Source: Chiloscyllium plagiosum (taxonomy: Eukaryota). From it: 64,000 nt of DNA. Below the pieces are notes generated by a model. That model was not told where the DNA came from, made no database searches, and worked only from the letters and a program-made list of their open reading frames with translations. The stretch covers positions 23,662,532-23,726,531 of the forward strand of contig NC_057718.1 of the NCBI RefSeq assembly GCF_004010195.1. The letters run 5' to 3'. The position numbers were made by a program, and so were the translations under genes. Below are positions 37,226 to 49,858 of this stretch, one piece after another. Every line of letters begins with the position of its first letter. Within the stretch, counting starts at the first letter, position 1.

Positions 37226-37883
37226 CCAAGAACCAAGCCTGTACTTTCTGCTGGCAGGGCCATTTCAGAAATTCTGCGGCAGGAAGCCTCCTGATGACTG
37301 TTTGTGGTCTTGCTGTCTGATTAATGACAGTGGTCAGGCTGCTAAGCTGCTGGCCTGATCAGGATCAGCACCCCTGGAGCGTCAGGAACACCAGTGGGAG
37401 ACTCAGTACTGCTGCTGCAGGGAGGTAGCCTTTGGGGCCTGGTCATAATGGATCAGGCAGGTAAAAGTTAAAATCTAGGATTAATTGGCCTGTGGAGTAG
37501 TGCCCTCAAATCTGAGGGGAATCTCACAGAGAGGCAGCAGGGATTATGCAGACTGTGGTGATTGCATTTAGAGTCATAGAATCATCGAGTTTTAGAGTCA
37601 CACAACAGGGAAGCCGACCCTTTGGTCCGTACTGATCTGCTTTCCTAAACTGAACTGTTCCCATTTGCCTCCATTTTGCCCAATTTCTTCTCAATCTTTC
37701 CCATCCTTGTACCTATCAAAATGTTTTTAAATCATATAATTTCTTTTCAGTGGGTCACTTGCATATTTGTTTGACCCAATCTTGTTTTTAATTCTATGTT
37801 CCCTTCTTCAGAGCCACTGTCCCTCCTAGTTTTACATCATGGTCAACTTTAACCAAGTAGCAGTTATTTTAATATATCCATTA

Positions 37884-38428
37884 CGCAGTTCTGGTCTCCT
37901 TCCTATCGGAAAGATGTTGTGAAACTTGAAAGGGTTCAGAAAAGAATTATAAGGATGTTGCCAGGGTTGGAGGAGTTGAGCTATAAGGAGAGGCTGAACA
38001 GGCTAGTGCTATTTTTCCTGGAGCGTCGGAGGTTGAGGGGTGACCTTATAGAGGTTTACAAAATCGTGAGGGGCACAGATAGGAAAAATAGACAAAGTCT
38101 TTTCCCTGGGGTCGGGGAGTCCAGAACGAGAGGGCATAGGTTTAAGGTGAAAGGGGAAAGATATAAAAGGGACCTAAGGTGCAACTTTTTCACACAGAGG
38201 GTGGTACGTGTATGGAATGAGCTGCTATAGGAAGTGGTGGAGGCTGGTACAATTGCAACACTTATATACCCATCCAAATACCTTTTGAGTAGGAAGGGTT
38301 TGAAGGGATATGGGCCATGTGTCAGCAGGTAGGACTAGATTGGGTTGGGATATCTGGTCAGCATGGACGGGTTGTACCGAAGGGTCTGTTTCCACACTGT
38401 ACATCTCTATGACTCTATGACTGTATGA
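37884..38428 (+). mobile_element. CR1/HER1 3' fragment
   Basis: ORF 37919-38230 LERVQKR…RGDLIEVYKI…; ctatgactctatga tail. Confidence 0.93.
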
Positions 38429-41400
38429 TTAATTTACATGCAAAGCCCATTAAAGTGAATGCAGACCATCAAAGGTAGGGAAAGGTAAGGAGAGAGGGAG
38501 GACACTAAATCAAAATTGAGTTGGACAGGGCAGTTCCAGATTTTATTGATTGAATTTTAATTCCACCTAGCTGCCACCGTAGGATTTGAAAAAATGTTCC
38601 AAATCCCTAGATTACAACTCTAGAAATATTCCAAAACAACACCATCCTCCCTCCTGTGTTTCAGATTACCAATATCAAATTGAAAGCAGCAGTGAGTCAT
38701 TTGCAGCTCAGTTGCTGTCCCCTATCTTTTTTTTATCTTAAATTTCTTTTCTTATTATGTTATTGTGGAAGGACCATTATTCTGATTTTTTTTTTGTTTT
38801 TCTAATTTATTCCTACTTGTAATCCTGGACTTTTCATTTCTTTATTTTTCTAATTTATTTTTGTAAGAATTTGTACTTAAAAATCTACCATTGTGCCCGA
38901 GATGGTGCTTTCAGTTTGTCTTGTGAACTTTTCATTGTACCCGTGTGAGTACAGGTGATAATAAAGCTAATTCAATTCAGTTCAATTCTGTCTTGGTATT
39001 TATCTTCATACTTGGTTCATATAATTTTCACATGCCGGCCAGTTTCTTAACTGTAGCCCCCATCTTAGCTTAAATCTCCAAAGCCTGTGTACCTCCTCTA
39101 TGTGCAACATTTTTCTCTTAACAACGTTCCAGTCGAACTGAAATGTTCAAAACCATCCTTCTCTGATTCGATTGCTTCCTGTTGCCTTCATCTTTTTGAA
39201 TCTAAATTTCTAATTTAGGAAGCCAAAAACGTGGCTCCTATTATTTTTGCAAGTAGATGTCAGATAGCATTAAACAATCATTCTGTGGTCATTTTCTTGC
39301 CCACAACCTGGGTCACTTACAAATATCAGAAGTTGTTCTTTAAAGCAGAATTGGGCTTTTGGGGATCAGTGGAATACTCTAACCTGTTCGTATGGTGAGA
39401 CAAATTAAGTTAAAATTCACAGAAAACACTCCATTTTCTAAACCTAGTGGCATCACATTTTTTTTGAAAAAAATGAAGAGTAAAATGACTGAATATTTCT
39501 CATTCTCCTGGTGTTCCAAAGTTTGCAGCAATCCATTCCACCATGTTGCATAGAAAGTCATTTTTAGTTATGGTGTCTATAAAGGTAATTGCTGCTTTTA
39601 AGTGACAAATCTCCCAGACCATGTGGATTTGAGGGAAGGAATGGTTATTTGTCTTTCTCACATTCACTCTGTCATCTTCCATTCAGATTTGGCCTTGTTC
39701 TCCAGACCACGGTTATTTTCCAGTGACATTTCCTCCCAAAGTAATGACCGCATTCTGTGCGAAGGTAGTGTACAGTTTATTTTTACATGAAGGGATTGGC
39801 AACGCATTAATCTTTCCATCAGCTCTTCCATCTGAAGTTCCATTCGGTGTAATTTACTGATGAGAACCTCTCCTGACTCTTCTCAGTTCCCACCTGTCAA
39901 TATGTTTACTAATTTGCAGTGACAACCTGCTCATTGAGTCTCCTATAGACTGAGAGCTGCACACGCATTCCAGCATTTTTCAAGTGTTTATGACACACAG
40001 GACTGACATTTGTTCTATGCGGGAGTTGAAATAAATAAACTTTAATTAACAGTCAAAAGTGGTGCATTGCTAGTAACATGATATACCTATTTTACCCACT
40101 TTGTGTTAAAAGCAAGAGGGAGGAACTTCATCCAAACATATTAACAATTTAGTGACATTGCGCAGGATAGTATTAACCTCAAAGGAGTTAACAACTCAAA
40201 CTATTCCATGTGGTTTGATTGAAATAATAGTTTATTAATGGAAGTTTATCACATCAACTTTTGGCTCTAATTATACTGTGATTGAATTTAATAATTATTA
40301 GATTTATAGGAATACATTGCAATGAATTTGTAACTACTGGCGGTTCCTTTATCATACCAAGGGTGACTAAACTGTTATCAAGATACACCTTAATCAGCAG
40401 GAGGCTTGTTTCAATTAGTGTCTGAAATTTCCTTATTTATTTAGATGCATTTGGCCTGATGTTAATCATGGAGATCTTGCATGATGGCTGGAAGACTAGT
40501 TTGAGATCCCCATTTCCTCAGTGAAGGAAAATCCATGGGAATGAAGTGCCCTTCAGGCTCTTAGCTGGCCAGCATCTAGTCTTCCCCAGAATTTAGAATC
40601 CCACCTCCTAGAAATGGGGACTAACCAGAAGCCCTCACCTCTCTATTGCCCATCAGCGCCACTAGAAGAGGTGGGAGGTGCCAGCGTTGCATTCACCCAA
40701 CAATGGCACAGAATGGACAAGGACTCCAGACCACAGGTGGCTGAGGGGAAGTTGAAGATCCTTGGGATGGGTCACTGGTCAGTCAGGAGAGGGGCAGTGA
40801 GATGGGAGACAAATCAGAGGAAAGGACAAGGGAATGGCTCTCCTTACATATGCCATGTCTCTAGACCAGGCACAGAGTTCCTGACAAGAGGCGATCTACA
40901 TATTCCACTAGGATTCACCCACATGCCCATGCCCATATATGTGGGTTGAATACCAGAGGCCCTGGAGTAACCATTAATTTGCACACTTACTGGTATCACA
41001 GGTGTCCAGATGGAAAGGCTGCTCATGCAATGAAGCAGAGAGACTGTGGTGTTCCCATTCTCCATCCACCCCAAATCAAACACTCTCGGTTCCAAGCTCA
41101 TCATCGGGGTGCTACTTAATTCCCCTCCTCCCCAAACTGTGATCAAGAGACTGGTGAATAGGCAACTATTCCCAACAGGAAAGATCATGGCCACCACTCT
41201 TACTCCAATCTCCCTCAGCTCTGGCAAGGACATTTGAGAGAGGAAGTTGGACCTTGTTTTCTAGTTAGGAAATGGGGGAGGGAGTGCCACTGAGGTCCAA
41301 TATGGAGGACATCTGACACAATATTGACACGGATGCTTGCAGTGGTGTTTTCATGTGACTATTGCAGGTATGGTTAACATTTATTGCTCATGCTTAATTA

Positions 41401-41697
41401 CCTTTGGGAAATCTGTGATCGGGCAGCCACCACCAGCAAGTTCCCCTCCAAGCCACTGCCCATCCTGACGTGAAAATTTGACGCCTGTCACTGAGTCAAA
41501 ATCCTGGAATTCCTTCCCGAAAGGGAAAATGTGGATCAGTCTAGAGCACGTGGACTGCAGCGATTCAAGAAGGCAGCTCACCACCACCTTCTCAAGGGCA
41601 ACTAGAAACTGAAATAAATGCTGGACCCGCCGTTGATGTCCGCTTCCAATGGGTGAATAAAAAGAAATGACAATGGAATGACTCGCTGGGGTCCTTC

Positions 41698-42613
41698 AGA
41701 CAACAATAGACAATAGGTGCAGGAGTAGGTCATTCTGCCCTTCGAGCCTGCACCACCAGTCAATATGATCATGGCTGATCATCCTTAATCAGTATCCTAT
41801 TCCTGCTTTATCTCTATAATCCTTGATTCCACTATCCTTGAGAGCTCTATCCAACTCTTTCTTAAATGAATCCCAAGACTGGGCCTCCACTGCCCTCTGG
41901 GGAAGAGCATTCCACACAGCCACCAATCTCTGGGTGAAGAAGTTTCTCCTCATCTCTGTCCTAAATGGTCTACCCAGTATTTTTAAGCTGTGTCCTCTGG
42001 TTCGGCACTCACCCATCAGCAGAAACATGTTACCTGCTGCCAGAGCGTCCAAACCTTTAATAATCTTATATGTCTCAATCAGATCCCCTCTCAGTCTTCT
42101 AAACACAATGGTATACAAGCCCAGTCGCTCCAGTCTTTCAGTGTAATGTAATCCCACCATTCCAGGAATTGACCTCGTGAACCTACGCTGCACTCCCTCA
42201 ATAGCCAGAATGTCTTTCCTCAAATTTGGAGACCAGAACTGCACACAGTACTCCAGGTGTGGTCTCACCAGGGCCCTGTACAGCTGCAGAAGAACCTCTT
42301 TGCTTCTATACTCAATCCCTCTTGTTATGAAGGCCAGCATGCGATTAGCCTTCTTCACTAACTGCTGTATCTGCATGCTTACCTTCATTGACTGGTGTAC
42401 AAGAACACCCAGATCTCTTTGTACTGCCCCTTTACCTAAATTGATTCCATTTAGGTAGTAATCTGCCTTCCTGTTCTTGCCACCAAAGTGAATAACCATA
42501 CATTTATCCACATTAAACTGCATCTGCCATGCATCTGACCACTCACCTAACTTGTCCAGGTCACCCTGTAATCTCCTAACATCCTCATCACGTTTCACCC
42601 TGCCACCCAGCAA
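41698..42613 (-). mobile_element. CR1 LINE (different subfamily), 5'-truncated, open ORF2 C-terminus
   Basis: 274-aa ORF LQGDLDKL..W...WQMQFNVDKC…LYRALVRPHLEYCVQFWSP; (ctattgt)-type tail. Confidence 0.95.
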
Positions 42614-45579
42614 ATTTGCTTATGTTATTGCTAATACCAGTTAAGAGTCAGTCACATTGTTATCGATTTGAGTCAAAAATGGGCCAAATCAGTTACAAAT
42701 GACAAGGTTTCTTCCCTTAAGGTCTTTTGTGAGCCATTTGGCTTTCCAATAATTTCATAATCACCCATAGCTGATGCTAATTTTTAAAAAAATTCCACAT
42801 TGATTTAATTAATTGAATTTCATTTCTCCAATTGTGGGATTTGTGGCTGAAGTTTGTTTACCTGGACCACTGGATCAAGAGTCAAGACACACAACTCCTA
42901 TATTGTAATAGTTGATCACCCTGGTAACTATCTAAAACAGGTCCTTCACTGAGTCAAAATCCTGGAGCACCCTACTGAACAGCATCAAGGATCTACCTAC
43001 AGGATAAGGACTGCCGTGGTTCAAGAAGGCAACTCACCACCACTTCTCAAGGGCAACTCAGGATGGGCAATAACTGCTGACCCAGCCAGCGATGTGCACA
43101 TCCCAACAAGCAAGTGATTTAGAAAAAAATACTCATTGATAATATCATTCAGGGGCCTAAAGTTATTTGACGAAATAAATCAAATAAATTGGCGTTGGGC
43201 TCAATGTACATTAATCACATATTGCATGAGTCATATGAATCAATGGTCCTTAAAGTACATAAAAGAGATCAGAAAGTGGAGTCAAGGAGAGGGATCCCCT
43301 TCTTGGGTTCTTAGCGTTACTGAGGGCAACTGATGGCCTCATGTCAGGCATGATCCTGAAATCCTTTCTCAGAGCTCCCAGGACTGAGTGCACACTGGAG
43401 AGCAGAGCAGTCTGAAATACAAGAGGATCAGATCTAGTCTACAGAAGCAACAGTTCAGCCAAAACATTAACATGAAGCTCCATCAAGGACCAGTTTCTGG
43501 TGTTGCTTGAGTTGGTCTCTCTGGCATCAAGTATGACTCACTCTGCCAGCCCAAGATCCAGCAAGGAACAATGTTATTCCGTTAAGTTTCACTGGATACC
43601 TCCTCAGCAGTGTGCTGATGTTTTCCAATATCTCAGACACTCTTCAATGTGTATTAGTACTGTAGCCTGTTGCTATGGTACCCTGACAGCACTTTGATAA
43701 ATTTAAGAATGTGTAGTTCACTCTTTGATGTTTACAGTCAGCCATTAAGTTATTTTAGCTAAGGAAGATAGCTGTAAAGTACTAAAATGGTATCTTCTAA
43801 CAATTTAATTTTAGTCAGTGTTTTCCAAACAAGGCTTTCACTAGGAGCTGTGGCACATGATGCTAATTGTCAGTCACTTATAGAAAGCTTTCCAGGCCTT
43901 GTAAAGCTAGGAGGTTTTTTTAAAAGAAAGGTAATCTCAATGGAATCAGATAGATGATGTGTGAGAATGTGAAATTGAGACAGAATAAGAATAGATATGT
44001 TAAAAAAGTAATTAGTAAGTAAAGAAAAGCAAAACAAAGCTATGTGAAATGGAAATAGGATAAATAATGCTTTTTTAAAAAGTAAAACCACAATGAAAAG
44101 AAAACAAATGAAAAGTGCAAGGATGAAAAGTATATCATAATTGAATAATGTCAACAAACTTGGTGTTCAGCTATGTGACGTTTTTAAGCATATAAGAATT
44201 CTTGAAGCAGTTGTGTGTGTAGAAAAATTCCCAGTTATTTCTGAGGTTTGATAAATCCTCGATCCTTTTACCAAAAGATACATCTTGTAAATGATTTTTG
44301 GCAAGACAGAAATTCATCTGCATTTATTTTCAGTTAAAAGCTTCATTTCAGCAGAATTTTGAGTTGAACAATGAACATAGAAATTAATGAGAGCCCAATT
44401 AAAAAGTTTAGGATGTACAAATGTGCAGGGGCTGGAAAGGTGACTACATCTGCGTGCCTTGTCCTAGAGTGTCTCAGGAATTTAAATCTCACGGCGCGTC
44501 TCCTACACACGATTAAATTTTTAAACAGGTGCTTACGTAACTCTCTCTTGATTTATAGCAGCTTGAGAAAATCTTCACTCTTGACCTTTCCATCAACATC
44601 TCCTAATTGAATGACCTGTTCCCAAGAGTTTTTGAAATGTAGCTGTTTGGAAGTTGCCTGAAGCAATTCTCCCTAAAACTGCTGCTTCCTACCTTTGAGC
44701 AAATACAGTGCTTCTCTTCAACAGCTGTTACTGATGTCATGGTGCAGATTCTGAACTTAACAAGTGAGAAATCATTAGGCGCAAACAATAATAACAGGCT
44801 AGCTCCTGATTATAACTCTTTCAAGCAATTGTAGACAACCTTTGCAAACTTGACAGCTCTTGATAATGGTGAGAGTTGAACTCAACACATTGTAAAATGC
44901 AAAACTGCGATCCCCTGTATTTTCCTTGCTTTGTAAGTTTTAAGTATAGACACTAAGATTTTCGTGAATGGTTTGCAAACCAACAAGAGTCAAAATGAAA
45001 AGCTCCTACCTCACGAGACCAGCAACAGAGGACCAGGTCAAATTTCCTGTGAGTGTTGAGGTCAGAATGCTTGACATAGGCATAAATCACATAAGAGGAC
45101 AGTTAATGCTCTTTGCATACAGTTAATGATTTGTGAAACTGCCTTGATTGACTGGTCTATGCTTGGTGCTGTGATAAATATACAATCTGTTGGCCATATG
45201 TTAGTTCACTCAGATACCCCTCCTCCCAACTTCCAAGTGAACACAGCAAGAGGTGAACCTTTGTACAAAGACTCATTTAAAAAAATCAACTTACCACATG
45301 AAAATTCACAAAATGATTTTTACGTAGCTTAGAAACCAATTCTCAGTGCACCAATTGAATATATAGTGTCATCATGCTAATTTTATCTGTTCATTAATTT
45401 TATTTCTGTGTATATTTGTTCTTCAAAATTTATCCATTGGAAACGTGTTGTCCCATGCGGTGGTACTTGTACATCAACAGGATAGACCAGGAACACATAG
45501 ATTATCCACAATGTTATTTCAATTATTACCCAGCATTAAAGAAATGGAGTGATATCCCTGAGGTTCACTAAGGAGAACT

Positions 45580-46700
45580 ATCAAAATTAAAGTCAGTAGG
45601 AATGGGGATATCTCTCTGCTGGTTAGAGTCATACCTGGGCATAAAGGAAGATTGTTGTCATTGTTGGAAGCTAATCATTGAGGACATGTCTGCAGGACTT
45701 CATCAGGGTACTGCTCTAGACCTAAACATCTTCAGCTGTTTCACCAAGCCTTCCCTCCATAATTGGGAATGTTTGCTGTTGAATGTGCAATGCCCAGCCC
45801 CATTCCCAACTCCTCAGGCACTGATACAGCCTAAATTCATCTGCAACAAGGTCTGGACACTATCCACTCTGGACTGATAAGTGATAAGTAGTATTTATGA
45901 CATAAACATACCAGGTAATGACTATTTCCAAAAGAGAGTATCTAACCATTGATATTAAATGGCATCATCATCACTGAATTCCCCATTAGCACCATTCTGG
46001 AGCTTATCATTGAGCAGAACATAAGGTGGACGAGCAACATAAATATGGATCGACAACAGCAGGTCAGAGATTTAGAATCATCCAGTGAGTAACTCACCCC
46101 CTGACTCCCCAAAGCATGCCCACCATCTACAAGGGACAAGTCAGGAGTGTGGTGGAGTAGTCCACATTTTCCTGGAGGTGTGTAGCTCCAACAATAATCA
46201 AGAAGCTTGACATCATCCAGCACAAAACAGCCCATTTAGTTGGTACCACATCCAGAAACATTCATTCTTGACACTCAATACCATCCACAAGGTACAGTGC
46301 AGTAATTCACCAAGGCCCGTTAGACAGCACCTACCAAAACCATAATCACTGCCATCGAGAAAAGCAAGTTTGATTGATTTGATTTAATGTCATGTGTACC
46401 TAAGCAGAGTGAAAGGCTTTGTTTGGGAGCAGTACAGGCAGATCATAGTAAGCAAGGACATAGTGGGAAGATTCCTCCTGCATGTTCCCCTCAAGCCACA
46501 CCATCCTTGACTTGGAAATATATCAGAGACTTTGGGTCAAAATCCTGCCTGGAACTCCCTCATTAACAGTATTATGGGCGTACTTACACCATGTGGACTG
46601 CAGACAGTTAAAAAGGCAGCTCTTTACCACTTTCTCAAGGGAAATCAAGGATGGGTCAGATATGCTGGCCCAGCCAAGACTGCCCACACCCCATGAATTA
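45580..46700 (+). mobile_element. Decayed L2/CR1-group LINE RT-to-3' fragment
   Basis: WLESYL, AGLHQG..L...F..F, ILELIIEQNIRWT.NI and TIYKGQVRSVVE relic motifs; shared 3' end ttctcaaggg..a..a.ggatggg. Confidence 0.7.
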
Positions 46701-48930
46701 ATTAGTATAGGAATTTAGTGAGTGTGTGGTGTTGGAAAGAAATGGCGGCACTCAAACTGAAAGCGTGGAGAAAGACATTGTCTTTGATTCTACAGTGCTG
46801 GGTATTTCTGCAGATGACTGAGACTGTTTCAATAAGGGGTCAAAATCCAGAAACTGCCTCCGTAATGGAATCATAATTCCCCTTGACCAAATCAGTTGTC
46901 AAAGAAGGCAGTCACCACCATCTTCTCAAGGGCAAAAAGGGCTGAGCAATAAATGCTAACCCAGTCAGTGATGCCCATGTCCTATGAATGAATAAAAACA
47001 ATTCCTTTCTGTTGCATTTCAAAATTTGAATAACACAAATTTATCAATCTCAAGCCAGGTCTGACAAACTGTATGTGGGGTTTGGTTTATTTAAGGATAT
47101 ATTTCAGGATTACTCAGCAGATAAGTTCACTATAAAAAGTACAGTAAATATTTTGACAGGAAAACACAGATCCAACTCTCTCACACTACATGCTGCAAGA
47201 TGGATTATATGATGGCTGTTGGTCACATGTTCCACATTCCGGTTAATTGTTTATTAGCATATTCTCATTTAAATTGATATCACAACACTTTCTAACAAAA
47301 CAGTGTAGTTGACTCCAGACTGCCTGTTAAAGTGCTGTGGGAAGCCAGTCACCTGGAGTGCAGTGCTTCTCTCTGGCCAGAGCCGGTGATGTAGTGGCCA
47401 TAACTTTATTGGGCATGTAATCCAAAATTCCAGGTTAACATTCCAGTGTCATGGACTTGGAGCTCACCATGGCAGATGGTGAATTTTGAGTTCAATGTTA
47501 AATAAAAAAGGTGGTCTAATGGTGACCATGTAACCAGTGAGATTATGGAGATTCAGAAGATGATTTATGTCATTGTTTCCTCATTGCGGTCATAGGGTCA
47601 TTGAGATTTACAGCTCAGAAAAAAAGCCCTTTAGCCCATCCAGTCAAAAACAAGTCTTTATTTTCATTCTATTTTCCAGCACTTGGCCCATAGCCTTGTA
47701 TTCCTTGGCATTGCAAGTACGCATTCTAATATTTCTTCAACGTTATGAGGGTTTCTGCTCTTCCCCTCTTACAGGCAGTGAGTTCCAGATTCCCACCACA
47801 ACCTTGGAGAAAAAATGTTTCCTCACATGTGCTTTTCCCTTCTCTTCTTCTTGAAGATATCTTGTTTGTTAGATACTCTGCAGTGCACTGTCTTCCTTCA
47901 CCTTTGCACTCTTATATTTGCCTTTTAATCCCTTTATGATTGTTTGCTGAATCAAAGTTATAGTTGCTATTGTTAGTCTGCATTTTCTAGAATTAAGTCT
48001 TGCAATGTTTATTTTCTTTGTTTGTTGAAGGAAGAGTATTTCATTTAATTTTACTTTGGGAGTATTCAACTCAACTAATTTATTGTCCCCTTGTTCTTAC
48101 CAATCTTATTGGAAACCTAGAAGGATTTGGAGGTGTTTCAAAAAAGGTCACTAGACTCAAAATGTTGACGCTGCTTTCTCTCAACTGAAACTGCCAGACT
48201 TGCTGAATTTCTCCAGTTATTTCTGTTTTTGTTTAAGGTTAAGAGCAAATTTGTGGCCTCAGTTGCCAAAAGGAAGTTTCTCCTCATTGGGAAATGAAGA
48301 AGCGCACGTTCAGAGTATTGACAATGGAGAGGAGAAGAAACCACACTCTCTAAGGGCCATGAATCTTTGGAATTCTCTATCACAGAGATCTTTGGACGCT
48401 GGGCCACTGAAAATATTTAAGGTTGAGTTGGACGTATTTGAATTATAGGGGAGTCAGGCCTGGTGGAGAGCAATCACAAAAGCTATTTGAGGCCAAAATC
48501 AGATAACCATGATCTTACTAAATGGCATAAGGGGCTGGAAAGACCACTCTTTTCCTCATTTCTTACAGATTCTTGCTTTTAACATGAACTGTTGGCACAC
48601 CACCTTTATTGGGAAGAAAGTGAGGGCTGCAGATGCTGGAGATCAGAGCTGAAAATGTGTTGCTGGAAAAGCGCAGCAGGTCAGGCAGCATCCAAGGAAC
48701 AGGAGAATCGACGTTTTGGGCATAAGCCCTTCTTCAGGAATGAGGAAAATGTATCCAGCAGGCTGAGATAAAAGGTAGGGAGGAAGGACTTTGGGGAGGG
48801 GCGTTGGAAATGCGATAGGTGGAGGGAGGTCAAGGTGAGGGTGATAGGCCGGAGTGGGGTGGGGGGGGAGAGGTCAGGAAGAAGATTGCAGGTTAGGAAG
48901 GCGGTGCTGAGTTCGAGGGATTTGACTGAG

Positions 48931-49771
48931 NNNNNNNNNNNNNNNNNNNNNNNNNNNNNNNNNNNNNNNNNNNNNNNNNNNNNNNNNNNNNNNNNNNNNN
49001 NNNNNNNNNNNNNNNNNNNNNNNNNNNNNNNNNNNNNNNNNNNNNNNNNNNNNNNNNNNNNNNNNNNNNNNNNNNNNNNNNNNNNNNNNNNNNNNNNNNN
49101 NNNNNNNNNNNNNNNNNNNNNNNNNNNNNNNNNNNNNNNNNNNNNNNNNNNNNNNNNNNNNNNNNNNNNNNNNNNNNNNNNNNNNNNNNNNNNNNNNNNN
49201 NNNNNNNNNNNNNNNNNNNNNNNNNNNNNNNNNNNNNNNNNNNNNNNNNNNNNNNNNNNNNNNNNNNNNNNNNNNNNNNNNNNNNNNNNNNNNNNNNNNN
49301 NNNNNNNNNNNNNNNNNNNNNNNNNNNNNNNNNNNNNNNNNNNNNNNNNNNNNNNNNNNNNNNNNNNNNNNNNNNNNNNNNNNNNNNNNNNNNNNNNNNN
49401 NNNNNNNNNNNNNNNNNNNNNNNNNNNNNNNNNNNNNNNNNNNNNNNNNNNNNNNNNNNNNNNNNNNNNNNNNNNNNNNNNNNNNNNNNNNNNNNNNNNN
49501 NNNNNNNNNNNNNNNNNNNNNNNNNNNNNNNNNNNNNNNNNNNNNNNNNNNNNNNNNNNNNNNNNNNNNNNNNNNNNNNNNNNNNNNNNNNNNNNNNNNN
49601 NNNNNNNNNNNNNNNNNNNNNNNNNNNNNNNNNNNNNNNNNNNNNNNNNNNNNNNNNNNNNNNNNNNNNNNNNNNNNNNNNNNNNNNNNNNNNNNNNNNN
49701 NNNNNNNNNNNNNNNNNNNNNNNNNNNNNNNNNNNNNNNNNNNNNNNNNNNNNNNNNNNNNNNNNNNNNNN
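48931..49771. other. Assembly gap
   Basis: Run of N. Confidence 1.
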
Positions 49772-49820
49772 AGTCCCTCCTCCCTACCTTTTATCTCAGC
49801 CTGCTGGACACACTTTCCTC

Positions 49821-49858
49821 ATTCCTGAAGAAGGGCTTATGCCCGAAACGTCGATTCT
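49821..49858 (+). ncRNA. Minimal hammerhead ribozyme motif (Penelope-associated)
   Basis: CUGAAGA-A-GGGC-UUAU-GCCC-GAAAC-GUC at 49825-49852: catalytic core boxes, 4-bp helix II and GUC cleavage triplet. Confidence 0.7.
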
